A stretch of DNA of 63,784 bases, the filler included, from Craspedostauros australis (taxonomy: Eukaryota): the NCBI GenBank assembly GCA_030167865.1. It is 10 parts of 10 records of this genome, joined end to end, with 100 filler letters (N's around TTAATTAATTAA, not from the genome) between each part and the next. Parts side by side here need not be neighbours in the genome. Positions count along the whole stretch, not along the records: positions 1 to 31,669 come from JALAGF010000711.1; 9 more parts are not named here. One strand, written 5' to 3'. This document shows positions 10,701 to 24,256 of this stretch, piece after piece. The position numbers and the translations under genes are program-made. The first letter of the stretch is position 1. Each line of letters begins with the position of its first letter. Under the pieces are notes generated by a model that worked only from the letters and a program-made list of their open reading frames with translations, made no database searches and was not told the DNA's origin.

Positions 10701-13700
10701 GGTGGTCCTCCACCACCCTTCAATATCGTGCTGGCTTGGATGTAGCCCACGAATGCAAGTGCGTTGCTGCCCTCATTCCGCCGCCGCCTGCTCTTACGGT
10801 GGCTAAACTCTTCGGTGTCCCTCGTCCTGACCTCCGCATTGGGATCGTCGTTGCAAATGATGCACTGCGGTCTGCATTTCAGCAATCTCGGCGGCGTCAT
10901 GGTGTCTTCCTTCGTTCCCACGCTGGCGTCCGGCGAAAGCAGCTGTGACATAGGAGTGCCCTTATCGCCATCCGATCCGGACTGTTGACTGGACGCGAAG
11001 CTTTGCGCTGAACCGAAGCTGCCCTGCCGGCTGCGAATGGGTGTGCCAGGAGTGCTGGGCGTCTTGGGATCGCTGTCCACCATGGCATCGCTGTCGTTAC
11101 CGAGCTCGGTCCCCATCATGGAAGCGAACTTTGCCGCCTGCGCCTTGACGCGTTGCATCGCTTTTTGCTTAGCAATTCGCTTCCTACGTTCGATGTCGGA
11201 CTCCTTGCTTTTGCTCGATGCACCGCCCGCTGTCTCCATGGTCTGATCTGTACCCAGCACCTCGCGCGCTCTGGGGCTGTGGTTGACAGCAAATTCGCAA
11301 ACCCAAGCAGCACCGCTGCGAACGACATTATCCTGAGCGACGAACGATCCAACCACGCCTCCGTCCTTGGCCAATCGCTGCAGCAGCTGCAACGTCGTCT
11401 CCTCGCCTTCGTAATACGGATCCGCCATGAGCTCTGCTGGGTTGGACAAGAGAGCCGCTTCCACCCATTCCTTTGCTGTGGGTGATCCCACGGAGAAATC
11501 GGCAAAAATGCTTCCGGCGGAACCACCGCCCTTCGATCGCCATTCTGTGTCCGTCGAGGTTGCATCTTGCCACGCGAATGCTCCCAGAGTCAGCAGATGC
11601 ACCGTCCTCGCGAGCGCGGTCTCGCTCCTGTCCGGGCTTTCGTACGCCACTGCACCTGGGAAGCCGGATGCATTCTTCGACTTCTTGACATCTCGACAAT
11701 GCATGTGGATGATTCTGTACGCTATCGCCATCATCGTGGCATCGCATGGTACGTCTCGACGCAGACGCACGAATGTGACATGGCTGTCGATCGGCCTGGG
11801 AGCCAATGGCTTTGCGGGTATGCCGAACAGCGGCTTCTCTGCGACAGCCTTCTTGTTCTTCGTCGGATCTGGACGATTCTCGGCCGCTGTCTGATGTGCT
11901 CGGAGACTGATGTGGAAGAAGTTTGGATCGTAATAGTCCCACACGTGTTCCCGAAGCCGCCACTTATCTGGTTGCATCTTGCCACGGCTCGACTTGCGGT
12001 CGGCCACATCCGCCAGAACCGCCTCGAGGGCGGCTCCAGTGGCGTCGTCGGGGTTGACGGTCTTGCCTTCCTCGCTCAGCAGCATGTTGTCCCAGTGACT
12101 CAGCACATGGTGGACCTCCGCCAGCTCGCTGTGCGTCTTGTGCCCCGACGCCAACCGATGCACAACTTCACGCCTCAGCCTGGACTTCGCCTGCGCGATG
12201 TGCATGTCCTTTGTGGATGGTGGTGTTGGTGGGAGCTCCACCATGAAGATGATCATGATGTGCAAGAATTCCTCCAACAACAGCAACGACGATGCCGGGT
12301 CGCGTGCCGTCGAGTAGGTGGTGGGAAGCGGTGTTTCCGTCGCTGCGTTTGCCTTCACCTCTAAATCGAACCAACCCATCTCCGCCTCCTTCATGTACTT
12401 GGAGCGATTCAACTGCGGTGCCATGACAAATCCAGCGAATTCGAACACGCCCAGTCGATGCAACAGCAGGTGCACGAAGAATGAGATGCCGACATCGGAC
12501 GAAGGTCTCGATTCTCCCTGGTGTAACGAACGTCCCAGGACGGCGAACTGCGACAACAGCAGATCCGCGTCTCTCATGGACCGGCAGAAGGGTGGTTCGG
12601 CATAATTCAGCACCTGGTCATTCAAACCTGGACCGTTGCGTCGCCACAGGCTAGCACGGACCTGCGCCGAACATGACAAGACCAGCAGCGGGAATTCCAT
12701 CAGGCCGGTGAACATGCGGTCCGTCTGGACGACATCCAGATTGCTCGTGATCTTGTCCATGAGATCCTGCGCGCCATCCGATCGTAGGCAGACTTCACGC
12801 AAGCACGCCGCGACGAATCGATGCAACGGAAGGTGAAACGAGAATGGTGTGACCTGCGAGATCGGCATCGCCCGGTACGCCGTCGCCGTGCCTTTGGAGG
12901 CAGCGACCGTGGAGAATGGAAGGCTCGCCGATTTGCGTTTGTATCCCTCCATGGACGGGCTGTGGGCGTTGGGTTGGTAATGCATCATCTCGCGTTGCTG
13001 CCACGGTACCAGCCCCGTCGTGATCACATGCAGCGTCAGATCGGCGCATGGCATGAGGTTCCGCGACAGGGTCGAATTGGGATCCTGGATGGGCGACGGA
13101 TCGCTGTCATCCCACGCCAGCAGGCGTTCGAAGAGGCTGCCCAGCGATATGGATGCATTGAAGGCTCCGACCCATTCACGGACCTCCTGCGACACGTGCG
13201 CTTGCGTAAAGTCACGCCAAACCTGCGGATCCATGAGTTGTCCCAGCGCGAGAGATGCGATCCAGTCCTTGAGGAAGCTTCCCGATTGCGATGCGAAGAG
13301 GCGTGGCATTCCCTTGACGTTGAGGACGCACTTGAGATCCGATATGCACGGCGAGTACCGCCTGTGAGCCAGAACGAAGTGACTTGGATTCAATCGTCTG
13401 CTGGATCCTGCGACCATCGCGTTGTCCGATGTTTGCTGCTGCCTCGCTCCGGCCAATAACGCTGCCGAGGGAGACGGAACTTCCAAGGTGGACTCCTGCA
13501 GAGTCTGCAGCAACGACCGTCCGAGCTTGCCCAGCAAATCTCGCCCTTGCACCAAATCCACGACGTACGTGACGCGGTTCAAGAATTGCACGCTGAGCGC
13601 GTAGCCGCTCCGTTCCAGCACGCCCATTCCCTTTGCGTACTCCGAGGTGACCATCTGGTAGGTGTCGCAGTAAGCCTCCGCGAGATGGCTCTTGAAGGTG

Positions 13701-14286
13701 GGAACTGCCAATAGAGTGAGGAGAAGCGAATGCCAGTGCTTCGTGATGCGGGAGTTGAGTTTGAAATCCGCCAGTAGCAATGGCACGAGATGCTGTTCGG
13801 GGCGTATGGATTCCGCGACCTTCTGACAGAGCGGATCGCAGGATCTTGCCAGACAGATGAGCCACTGCAGGGTGGCCACGGCACGTTGTTCCGATTTGAG
13901 CTCGTCGAGGGTGAGGATGGAGCAGTGCAGCTTGTGATTCTTGCTGAGGATGTCCGCCTTTTCGAGCATGATGTTGCCCACCCTGGATGCTGCCTGCGCA
14001 TCAAATCCGTCCATCCAGAGACGCGCCTGGTCGACGCCGCATTCCGACACCAGCTCCATCGTGCCCCACACCACCAGCTGGCCGTACTTGCGCAACGCCG
14101 TGACGATGCTCTTGAGGATGCTGTTGGCGGAAAATAACGTGGAGTTGCCGAGCAATTGGTAGAGAGCCTCGCTGTACTGCGATGAGGAATGGATGTCATC
14201 CGAATACAACACAAGGTATAGACCGCCGCCGGCTCTGCCCAGACGCCCCAACCGCTCTCCCTCCGACATTTCGGCACCGATGCTGA

Positions 14287-14322
<36 letters not shown>

Positions 14323-15521
14323 CGCTGGTGTCCTTGGATGACGTCAATGGCAGACTGAATGAGAATTTTCCGCTCCGATTCTTTTTGCTGGAGCTCGCGG
14401 CGCTGGGATCAAACCTGCCATGAGCATCTGCTGCTGCCGCCGCCACGGTTGCCTCGACGGAAGAATCACTGGCGTTGCTGGGCGCAGTGGGTATGGCCGG
14501 CACGCTTGGCCTGTGCGCTCTGGTATGTCCCTTCTGTGCCGTCTCGGCGACGGTGGAGACCATCCAGTCCATGATGGCAGGCACGATGCCCTGCACGCGT
14601 CGGATCATGCCCGAATCCAGGGGACCATTCTGTGAATCGTCTGTGGCCGCTGACGAAGCCGGACCGTGGTGGGGACAGAACCCCTGCGGGTCCCAGGCGT
14701 CTGGATCGCCGCAGTCGCAGCAACCGCCAGCTTGGGCGTGGTAGAAGGCAACATCATGACCTTCGTGGTTGCTTGCGGTGAAGCAGGCATGGCACAAGAC
14801 GCAGGTTTCGTCGGCTTGGCACGTTCCTGTCGCGATGTGAATGGAAGTGAGAATGTAGTGAAAATGAGGATGAAATGAGAATGTGAGCGCAAGTGGTTGT
14901 CTGAAAGCAATGAGGATGCTTTGCATGAAATCCTCAACAACACATTGACAACACTTTGACAAACGCTGACAATGTTGGACACTGTCCATGCGATGAAGAC
15001 TTACTGCAGACCCAAACAATGTCATTGCGCTTGAAGGGATGTTGGCACACCCTGCGCGGCACGCCCTTGCACAGCTCCTCCAAGGATGACACGGCTATGC
15101 GCGAGGACGAGTAGGGCGTCCCCGTGACCACGGAGGTCATCTTGGACGTGAGAGGGTTTAGGTATTGCAATTCCATCTCCATCTTCTCGTATCCCTTGAG
15201 CTCGTCCAACGCCTGCGTCAGGTAGCGCGGACCCAGGATGGGTCGCAGCAGCGACTGCAACTCGCCGAGGATGGGCGTGTCCTCCGCGATGTTCTGCAGC
15301 GAGACGACGGACGGAATGGGCGCAAGGAAGGTGGGCGGACTGCGCAGCAATTCCGATGTTTCCTGGAAGGCCTTCGACTCATGGTCGCCCGCATGCAGCG
15401 ACGCCTGTTTCTGGCTCTCTTTCGTTCGATTGTGGTTGGCCGTGGCCTTGCGCTCAAAGTCCTCGTCGCTGGGGTACGCCTCGTCCGCGGAGATCGAGAC
15501 GGACATGTTGTCAGCCGCCAT
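7799..15521 (-). CDS. UBR-box/RING E3 ubiquitin ligase, N-recognin (UBR1/PRT6-like); exons 15521-15005 and 14826-7799
   Basis: A GTAAGT...ACAG intron at 15004-14827 joins VCQHPFKRNDIVWVC to RTCQADETCVLCHACF...HEGHDV...GGCCDCGDPDAW...FCPHH, giving a complete UBR box. RING-H2 CIIC...CGHAVHSECW...CPFC. C-terminal AVCLVCG...CTQHSYKCGAG...SPYVDSHGE domain. Confidence 0.93.
14288..14321 (-). repeat. (AAC)n microsatellite encoding poly-Asn in the UBR protein
   Basis: A TTG run on the + strand translates as DNNNNNNNNNNNV. Confidence 0.9.
14827..15004 (-). other. Spliceosomal intron (178 nt) within the UBR box
   Basis: Donor GTAAGT at 15004 and acceptor CAG at 14827. Splicing gives TGC A|GA ACG TGC (C-R-T-C) and restores the CxxC. 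Confidence 0.88.
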
Positions 15522-17898
15522 GGTGTTCAACTGTTGTGTTGTGTTGTGCTGTACTGTGTTGCGTTGTACTGTGTTACGTCGAAAGCTTCAGATTGTGGCA
15601 ACGCCTCGTCTCAATCTTGAGCTCGTCTCTGTCTTGAGATGCTGATACCTTCGACCACTTGCGTCCTTGTGTGCCTGCCTATCTGTATCCCTATCTGCGT
15701 CTGTCGTGTCGAATCGATGCTCACTTGATTGCTTCGTGGGTCTTCCACTCGTGTGGATGTACCAACACGGGTACTATATGATGGTGTGTCTCGTGGGAAT
15801 GACGCTAGTGACTGCAACTGCGACTCCAACTGACACTACTACCTGCGATGCCTCTTGCTTGCGACTTGGCTGTCGATATCGATGCCGAATCAAGTGCGCG
15901 TCCAACAGAGCCTCTTGCAGCCTCCGGAAGTCTGCGGAGGAATCCCGTCTTTGCTTGGAGCGGTATCTCCAACCAACCGAACTTTGTCTCTGCCCTCCTC
16001 GTCTTCTGTTCACAAGATCTAGCTGCGATGCGGCCGTTGTTTGGATGTTGGATGGTATTATATAGAATGGACGCAAAGCAACGCCGCAGAATGTTCTCTG
16101 GATCGTCAACTGCCAAGGAGGGAGATGCTTCCACCAAGCAAGACAGATACACACACACCAAGAATGCTGACAAAGAGGGAACAACCGATCTGGCGACGAT
16201 TCTGCACGAGCATCGTTCTCCAACTGCTTCCTTGTTGCTCTCTGTTTGCTTTCGCGCGCGCGGACATGTTGGGACATTTCATTTCTTACGAGCTCTGTCA
16301 CGATCCGCACGAATCAATGTCGAGACTTCGTGTCGATCCGCAATCGATCGTGTCCAATACAAATCAAATGGAAAATACAAATTTACCCTTGCTCTACGTC
16401 GGCGAATGCGACATCCGGAAATGTCGCAGATGAATAGCAAGTCCTTCATTGAAGCATTGTTCGTCATGGATTCAAGTTAGTGTGGCGCGTTTGCGAGGGT
16501 GTGGATGGCAACGTGTGTACGTCAAAGTGACCTGCTGCGCTCTGTTCTGTTCTGCTGCAATACGCTCCGCTTTGGTGTTTGGGACGGTACTGGCAGACTT
16601 CAGTTGTTGGTTTAGGCTGGTGGGCATCCACAGACATACAACAGTAGCCCCATACATGTTGGGTCCATCCGACGATGCAGTTACCAAAGATTCATCGTCA
16701 GTGTTACACGATTTGAAGCCATGAAGCATTGTGTTGCGAAGAAAAAACGGGGAGAGCCCCCCAAAAGTCCCACCCACCATGACTGATTCCAAAAGAATGC
16801 AATTCATGACCAATCCAAGCATCGCGCATAATCTCCCACACATTGCAACGAAGCCTGGTTCGTTGTTCCAGAGCCTTTCGCGTCTTTCCCTTGTTGTGGG
16901 TTATGACCATCTAAGGTTTGGCGCGCCATTCCCTGTCGGCAGAGTGCAGCCATCGCACGTCGATGGTGGATTGTCAATTGTCAACAGCAAATTCATATGA
17001 TGTTGTGCGGTAGCACATTCCATGGTTCCGGGAAGAGGCAGCAGACGATTGAGGGGTCCGGTTCCACTCGTCATTCCCCATCTATTACACTCATACCAAG
17101 AGTACAAAATGCATCATCCCTCTCGAGCACTGATCTGAATCTATGCGCATGGACTTCGTTTCTTCCGACATGCATCTCGTCCACAATCAAGTATAGGAGA
17201 TGCCCATACCTATCCTCCATGGTCCTATTCATACTAGCACCGTCACAGTTGCTGATGCTTTCTCTGCCGTCGTTGCGGTAGCTGTTGTCAGCATCTTTTG
17301 ATCGATACATTCGGCAGGCCATCCATCTTCAAGGTTGCCAATATTCGCAGATCCTTGTCGTCGCCATTAGCATCAACAACATTAGCAGCAACAGCAGTAT
17401 CAATAGAAGCACTGTTAACAAGAACGCTCACCTCAGAGAGTGAAGAGACGCCCCAACAGGGGGTGGACCACCAGATTGTGCGACAGATTGAACCTCCGTG
17501 ACAGCCTTTGGCCATCCAACCAAGCACAGAAGTTCCAGTCATCGTCTATCATGGTGGTAGCACTTGTACTGGTACGTTTGCTTTTACTTGTGCTTTTGCT
17601 TGCTGCGGGTAACACCTTTGGGATCAGAACATTCGTTCCAGTGGCAACTGCTCACAAAGAGACCACGAGCTTGAGATGGGCGTTGCATGGGACTATTATT
17701 ATAGAATACATTAACACGTACAATAGTGCGATTCTTCGCACTCTGTGCCCATTATGAATTGATGGCGGAAGAGCAACATCTGGGAACCGAGGCTCTTTTA
17801 GATGGCACTGCGCATTACAGACCGATGCATAGCTTTGCACCAGGTCACCGAGTTCCTTCTGCGAATTGCTCTCTGGAAGCTGTTCCGTAGCTCGTACC

Positions 17899-19212
17899 TC
17901 AAACTGCGACAGTCGTTGAGGCAACGGGTTGGGGCAAAGCTAGCTGCTGGTCCATCGACGGCATCCACATCGTATCGATGCCATTCTCGCTGGCCTTGCT
18001 CTCGTCGAGATCCTGCTGGTGCTCTTCTTGGTGATGTCGATATTGAGGCAGTTGATCGCACAGCGATTCATTTCCTTCGCAGCCCAAAGGCTGGAACATT
18101 GAGTTGATATCGAACATGTGGGTGTCATCAGTGCTGTCACTGGACAGAGATGTGAGGCCACAGTCGATATCGTCGCTTTCATCGCTAATATACATGGTCT
18201 GGGATGTCTCCGGTTGGTTATCCGCCGACCTTGCGAGAGGGAAGGGCAGGAGCTCGATGTCTGAGATCCAGTTGAGGAACTGAGACTGGTGACCTGGCAT
18301 GCATTGGTCGTCCTGAGTCTGCAGCAAGTCCGAAACAGCATCATTGACAACCTCTGGGACTTGGTCTCCCTTCGCAGGCTGCCTGAGCGATTCACTTGGT
18401 CCATCGCCGCATGGAATGGTATCGGCATGATCGATGCCAGCCTCGATAGCCATGGGCTGCGGAAGACTCAACGATGGCTCGATGGTTGACTTGCTGAGTG
18501 TCTTGGAGACTTTGGTCTTCTTGGTGCGGCGCACGGTCTTGGTGGTCTTCTTCGCGCGTCGGACAGCCTGGCATTGCAACATCTTGGTGTTGGCAGCGTC
18601 GCAGGGGTCATCCTCCAGCTCCGTTTGGCGCTTACGTTCGTTCCTCTTGCGCCGGCTGGCCATGCGTCCCTTGGTGCTGGAGCGGTATCTGTCGCAGAGA
18701 AAGTTGCGGAAGACTGTCCCGACCTTCTCTCTGGCGGTGATGTCATCGACCTCCCAGAAACGACCATCATCGTCCTCCCTAATGAAGGAGCCGACGCCTT
18801 GGCTGGCCTTGCGGATATCGCTGATGACCTTGGAGACGATCGTCGACTTGACTGACCGGGACTTGGCTTTGCTGTACCGCTCCAGGTAGGTCTGGACGAT
18901 GACCTTGAGGCGTTGGTTGCCGATGGAGCTGGCGATGCGCTTGCCCGGGCCGATGAGCACCGTGTATGGCGAAGGCTCGAAGGTTTCTGGGAGCAGCTTG
19001 GATGTGTGCTTCTTTCCTGTCCGGTCCTTCGTGGCTGCGATCGATCTCTCGGATGTCTTCGATCTCCGCTTGGTGGTGCCGGCTGTGCTGGTGTTGACTG
19101 TGGCGGAGAGTGGGAGGAAAGGCATCGCCTTGTCATGTCGGTTGCTTGGAGCTGCTGCTTTCCTGCCGGAGGATGCTGACATCGGCTTGGTGTATGTACC
19201 TGTATGATTCAT
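17899..19212 (-). CDS. DUF6824-domain protein, paralog 1
   Basis: Likely ATG at 19212 (MNHTGTYTKP). Domain LLPETFEPSPYTVLIGPGK...GNQRLKVIV...YSKAKSRSVKSTIVSKVI...GSFI...FWEVDDITAREKVG...RYRSSTK, then a basic stretch and an acidic low-complexity tail. The ORF extension to 20094 is probably not coding. Confidence 0.82.
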   Translation of the reverse strand: MNHTGTYTKPMSASSGRKAAAPSNRHDKAMPFLPLSATVNTSTAGTTKRRSKTSERSIAATKDRTGKKHTSKLLPETFEPSPYTVLIGPGKRIASSIGNQRLKVIVQTYLERYSKAKSRSVKSTIVSKVISDIRKASQGVGSFIREDDDGRFWEVDDITAREKVGTVFRNFLCDRYRSSTKGRMASRRKRNERKRQTELEDDPCDAANTKMLQCQAVRRAKKTTKTVRRTKKTKVSKTLSKSTIEPSLSLPQPMAIEAGIDHADTIPCGDGPSESLRQPAKGDQVPEVVNDAVSDLLQTQDDQCMPGHQSQFLNWISDIELLPFPLARSADNQPETSQTMYISDESDDIDCGLTSLSSDSTDDTHMFDINSMFQPLGCEGNESLCDQLPQYRHHQEEHQQDLDESKASENGIDTMWMPSMDQQLALPQPVASTTVAV

Positions 19213-22200
19213 CGTGTCGCTTGTTGTTGTGCGTACTGGGTGTTGCTGTGGAGTATGTGTGTGGAGTATGCGTTGTTGTTGGTTTGGTGTTGGGTTGTAT
19301 GGTATGATCAGTACAGCCGAGAGGGAGCCGTTGTTGTTGCTGTTGCTACGGTTGCTCGGTATTTGTTGCTCGGTATTTGTTTTTATGTTCAGTTGGAAGA
19401 GAGTTTTCGAACCTGGGGTGACCAACGAGTTGGCCGGCACATAGCTCTCGAGGATGTGCCCGCAGGTGCTGCTACTGTTTCTACCACACAAGCGACAGGG
19501 TTTGTCGTTGGGTCCTGTGTTGCCTGTGTACCTACTGATCTTTCGGCCAGGGTTACGGACATGGACGCCAGCGCTTTCTGTTTTTGGTGCTCGTGGCAAT
19601 AGTCGTAATAGTAGTACGATACATACGTGCCCATCTGAATATTTCCACGCTGGTCGGACACACAGAATATTTGAGACAGATCTCCTTCGCACCAGTACCA
19701 ACACGGCCGTAGGACCTACGATGCATTGAACTCGTCCAGATGCCCTTCGTTGTACTCGTAGTCGTATCTTCCCGTAGGAAAGTGACGTTAAAAGCGGTGT
19801 CCCGTATGGCTGTCTCCCCAGTACTATTTGGTCGTCTGTTTGGAGATTCATGGCACTCACATGTGTACTCGTACGAACTCCCCATACCGTGATGTTGCTT
19901 GTTGCCCAAAACGAAATAGGGATGGACAAAAACCCACCCACGACGCAGTCTGTTTTTCGCCAAATGTCAAAGCGCTGAGACGCAGGCATTATGACCTGCG
20001 ACCATAAGGAACTTGGATGCCGCACCGTTGTTCCAATCACGTGCGACAGAAGGCAAACACGAGGATGTTCAATCCCGAAGTGCCGTTCTGTCACTAATTG
20101 TCAGTGTGAGGAGAGGGGTGGCTGTCCCTCGTTTGCAGATCGTCCCCTATCCTCGTCTCACATGCGAATGCCCTGCGAGCATGAGCCACCCGTGGCAGCG
20201 CCACTCGTCAAAAGGCAACCAAGAAGGACATCAGCCAACACACAAGAACTCTGCGAGTGGACTACCGACTGTCCATCTCACTTGTGCTGCACGGGCGGAT
20301 CATCAATCGTGTCACTGGACCATGAGTGCCTGCCGTGGATGTGTGTGTGTGACATACTATACCAGGGTATTCTACGAGCCATGACACCTGTGGGGACTGC
20401 TTTTGGGGTGACGATCGTCTCTCTGCTCCGGCTGCTGCTCCAGCTGCCGCTCTAGTTGTTGTTTCAGCTGCTTCGATGGCTTCTGTGTCCCGCATTCGTA
20501 CTCGCACAAGCTGCACATTGGGTGCTAGTATACATTTGATAGTAGAGTAGAGCAGAATAGAGTAGAGCAATGGAGGATACTCGTGATGTGGAGAACACTC
20601 TACGGTTCGTGTCGATCATTCAACTAGAGGGAGTGGGAGAGAGCCTGCTGTATTGTTGCCATACTAGTCCATGACGAGTCTTGCGGCTTCAACCTCGATG
20701 AGCACCGATTGAAACAAAAAAGGAGCCTGTGCAGACATCAATGTACCACCCATGAAACATGCTTGGCACCTGTCTCCGCGAGCATCCCGGTTCGGATGGT
20801 ACGATGCCTCCCCGCTTCGCAGAGCATCGGCCACCCAGAGATCCGACATCACGAAAATCCTTGACCAGTACCACTTGTGCAGGATGACGATGCAATTGTT
20901 GCCCTCTCGGTTAAGCAGGGGAGATTTGTCGTGCAATGACATTTCGCGTTTCTTTGTACAAAGTCATCTTCCAATTCATTGCTCGTGAGTGTGACAGCCA
21001 GGCACCGTGGCAGAGCCCCATCCTTGGAGTAGTATTGCTGAGTTGATTGTGTGGAGCATGGTGGACCATCACATTGCATTGCATTACGATAGCTGAGCAT
21101 TGCATGGCATAGTAGGGATCAGTTGCGATAGAGGGCGCTCGCATTGTGTTACTCTGCGCAACGCCAGTCCAACATGGTGAGGGCGCACACATGAAGCCGA
21201 GTCCCCCATTCCAATTTTGCTGATGTCGCGGCTGTTCGTTCCACTGTTGTTGTGTGCGAGCCAGAATCACCCAAAATTCGCGCGACATGTGGTGGTGTGT
21301 TCAATCAACAGGCGAATCGAACTCTGCCGAACACTCATGACACGAAGCGCACCGTTCTTTTCTGACATTATTTATCGGAATGAACAGGGCGAATGATCGT
21401 TGTTCTTCCATCTCACAACAATGATACCCTCTCTCACTCTGAACCACGACACGCACATTTGATGGCGAGCATCCCTTTGCCATTGTTCATCCGAACGGCC
21501 ACTCGACAACAACCCCACTCTGCTGCAAGCACAGGGCGACAAGAACGGAACACAGAGTGTGTGTGTGTGTGCGTTTTGTGCAGCCGATTCCGCACCTGTA
21601 CAAAAGCGCTTCAGTCAAAATGATGAGGAGATGTCATCTGACGATCACTGCAAGTTGAGTGCGATCTGCTCTCTGGAGGACATGAATTGGTACATGACGC
21701 AGATGCTCTATCACATGAGGATCGCTTCCATCTGCGGCAGAGCCAAGGAGTGACGCAGCTGGTTGTAGGAGAATGAAAAGTGTGGAGAGATCCACCACCA
21801 ATCACTCTCGCTTGGCCATGATCGTCTACTATGAATTGCTCCTCGGAAACTGCCGCTCAACTTGGAAGTGCGAATGGTTGCGTTGCGTTGCGTTAGAGTA
21901 CACCAAGTTGCGCTTGCGTCAAGTACCTGACAAAGAACAGTAACGGGGTGGTACAGAAGGAAGCAGGCAGTTATTTGTAACAACTGTGGACACCAATCAA
22001 CACGTTGCTGCAGATGCCGGAGCACCAAGCGCGACTACGTATACACGGAGCGAGCGCTCACATTATTAGACCAACAGAAACAACTAACTGGAAATTCAAT
22101 ACGGCTTCACCAAGCCCCGCCAAATGTCGGCGACATAGCACAGCCGAAGCACAAACGATAGAGTTCAGGTGACGGACATAGTCCACTGCACTCTTGTCTA

Positions 22201-24256
22201 CTTCGATGCACGTGTTGTGATGTTACGAGTTTCTGTCACGCTCACGTTGCCGTTTCCATAAGAGGAGGAACATCGGAACCGGGAGTGAAGGGAGAGGAGC
22301 AGTTCGCAGTTGGACCCATCACCTTGTGGAGGTCATCAATCCCGACATGTTGCTGTCTCTGTCGGAGATGGTGATGCGATCTGCGAGACGGAACTGGTTG
22401 AAGTACTTCACCCATGACGTGCGCATCCCCGACTCTAAGTGCTTCCGACAACCGGGGAGGGAGGCGAAAGGAGTTGCGAAATGAGAAACCGCAGGAGAGC
22501 ACAAGTCATATCCTGGATGGCGAATGCGACACCTCACGGAGGCAGCGCAAGCCTGAGCAGAGTCAGGTTTGGGTGAAGAGCAGGGCAGGATGCGCTGTGC
22601 GTAAATTGTGGACAGCATGGTGAGTGGGGCACCCAAGCAGAGATGGGTCACCTCTTTGCATCTTTGTTTCTTTGCGATCTTTGTGACTTCGGTGATTGTC
22701 GGTACTGGTTTTCAATGCAAGCCTCCTTACTGCATCGCTATCCCTTGCCTGACCTGGCCCAACGAAGTTCGCGCCCTTGTCTTAACTTTTCTCATCCTGC
22801 ATCCTGCATGGCGCGGTTTCGTCCTTCGCGCCAAATATGATGTCTGCATGATACAGGGTGTACTAGTTCCGTCTGGTCTGGATGGATGATGCCAAATCAG
22901 CTCATCCATATTTTTATGGCATCAAGTTGTGAAGTTTGTGATCATCAAATTGCACGGAGGGATCCGGCGACGATGCATCTGCGCCGAAAAATACTCAGCA
23001 CAACCAAAGATCGGCTTGGTCTGAGCAGTAAGAACCATGTCGAGATCGCTGCAATAGTGTCTTCTGCAGTATCCACTTATCGTGTGTGCAGAAATCATGT
23101 CATATTGTTGTCGCATCGGTATCGCAAGAGGTGCGAAACCTCTTTGGTGTATGCAGGTTTCGTGAAAAGTTCTCAGATCTGAGCAGGATTGAGGTACCGC
23201 TACTGTCGTTGATATGTCGCATATATTATATCCAGAACATATTGGACGTGTCTGGGACATTCGAAATAGCTTAATTATGTTTCGGCACGCTCACAACAAG
23301 ATCGCAGATGATGAACACCTCACAAAACGGTGGCGATCCGCATGAAGATCGAGACGACGCGTGCACTTTGGTGATTGTGATGTGTGAAAGGATGCCGATT
23401 TGGAAGTTGCATGCAGCGTTCACAAATCAAACTTGCATGCAACATCCGCACCCTCTCCAAGCCCAAGTTCTCGATCACCATGAGGCCTCTCATTGCACCA
23501 AGCCAAACGGCCGAAATGTAAGTCGAAACCCAACGCGATGCGTTGTGGAAACACAATGTCATGAAAGCGGAACCAAACGCCGCAACCACATCATCGCAAC
23601 ATCCGAAGAGCTTTGGAGTGGACGACATTGCTTTGTTGTGCAGGGTGGGGTGAGCGACTGTGCACAGAGATGCTCAGTTGGTCGAGCCCATCTGTTGTCG
23701 ATCTGTGATCGCTTCATGAACAGGAGACACCTGAGCCAATAGATGGAAGAGATAGAAAGGGAAGAGATAGAAGCAAGGATGTGAAGAGAAGGTGGAAGCC
23801 TCAAGGAGCTCGTACCCCATCACATCACATCACACCAATACAAACACACACACCTCTTCCCGGATACGATGTGGTTGATGTCACTGATGCAACGAAGGTC
23901 TCCGGGAGTTGGTGATGATGCTGGTGCTGTTGGGTGAGCATCGATGTTTGGATGGGATGTTGTACCTCACGTACGCATCCAGCATCCACATCCATCATCC
24001 ACAACAACCAACACCCTCCAACACAACCCCACATCCTCTCCCTTGATAGTGCGGAATGTCTGAAGTTCCTCATCCTTGACCTCACAAAATTAAACCCCAA
24101 CAGGCATCCATCCATCCGCCAACCGACAACGCACCCAAAACACATCCCCTCCACTTCGGACCGAACGACTCGTTCAGTCTCATCGGCCAACAACTTGCGC
24201 ACACGCCCCCATACACATCTCTCGCGAAAAGCTAACTAACACAATCCTTGTCCACC

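Noticed and set aside
14827..15025. N-terminus of the 2408-aa ORF (MTLFGSAV...)
   Set aside because: It is intron read-through. The spliced model restores the UBR box.
19213..20094. N-terminal 294 aa of the 731-aa ORF
   Set aside because: Non-ATG start and UTR-like CA/AAC-rich sequence before the ATG at 19212.
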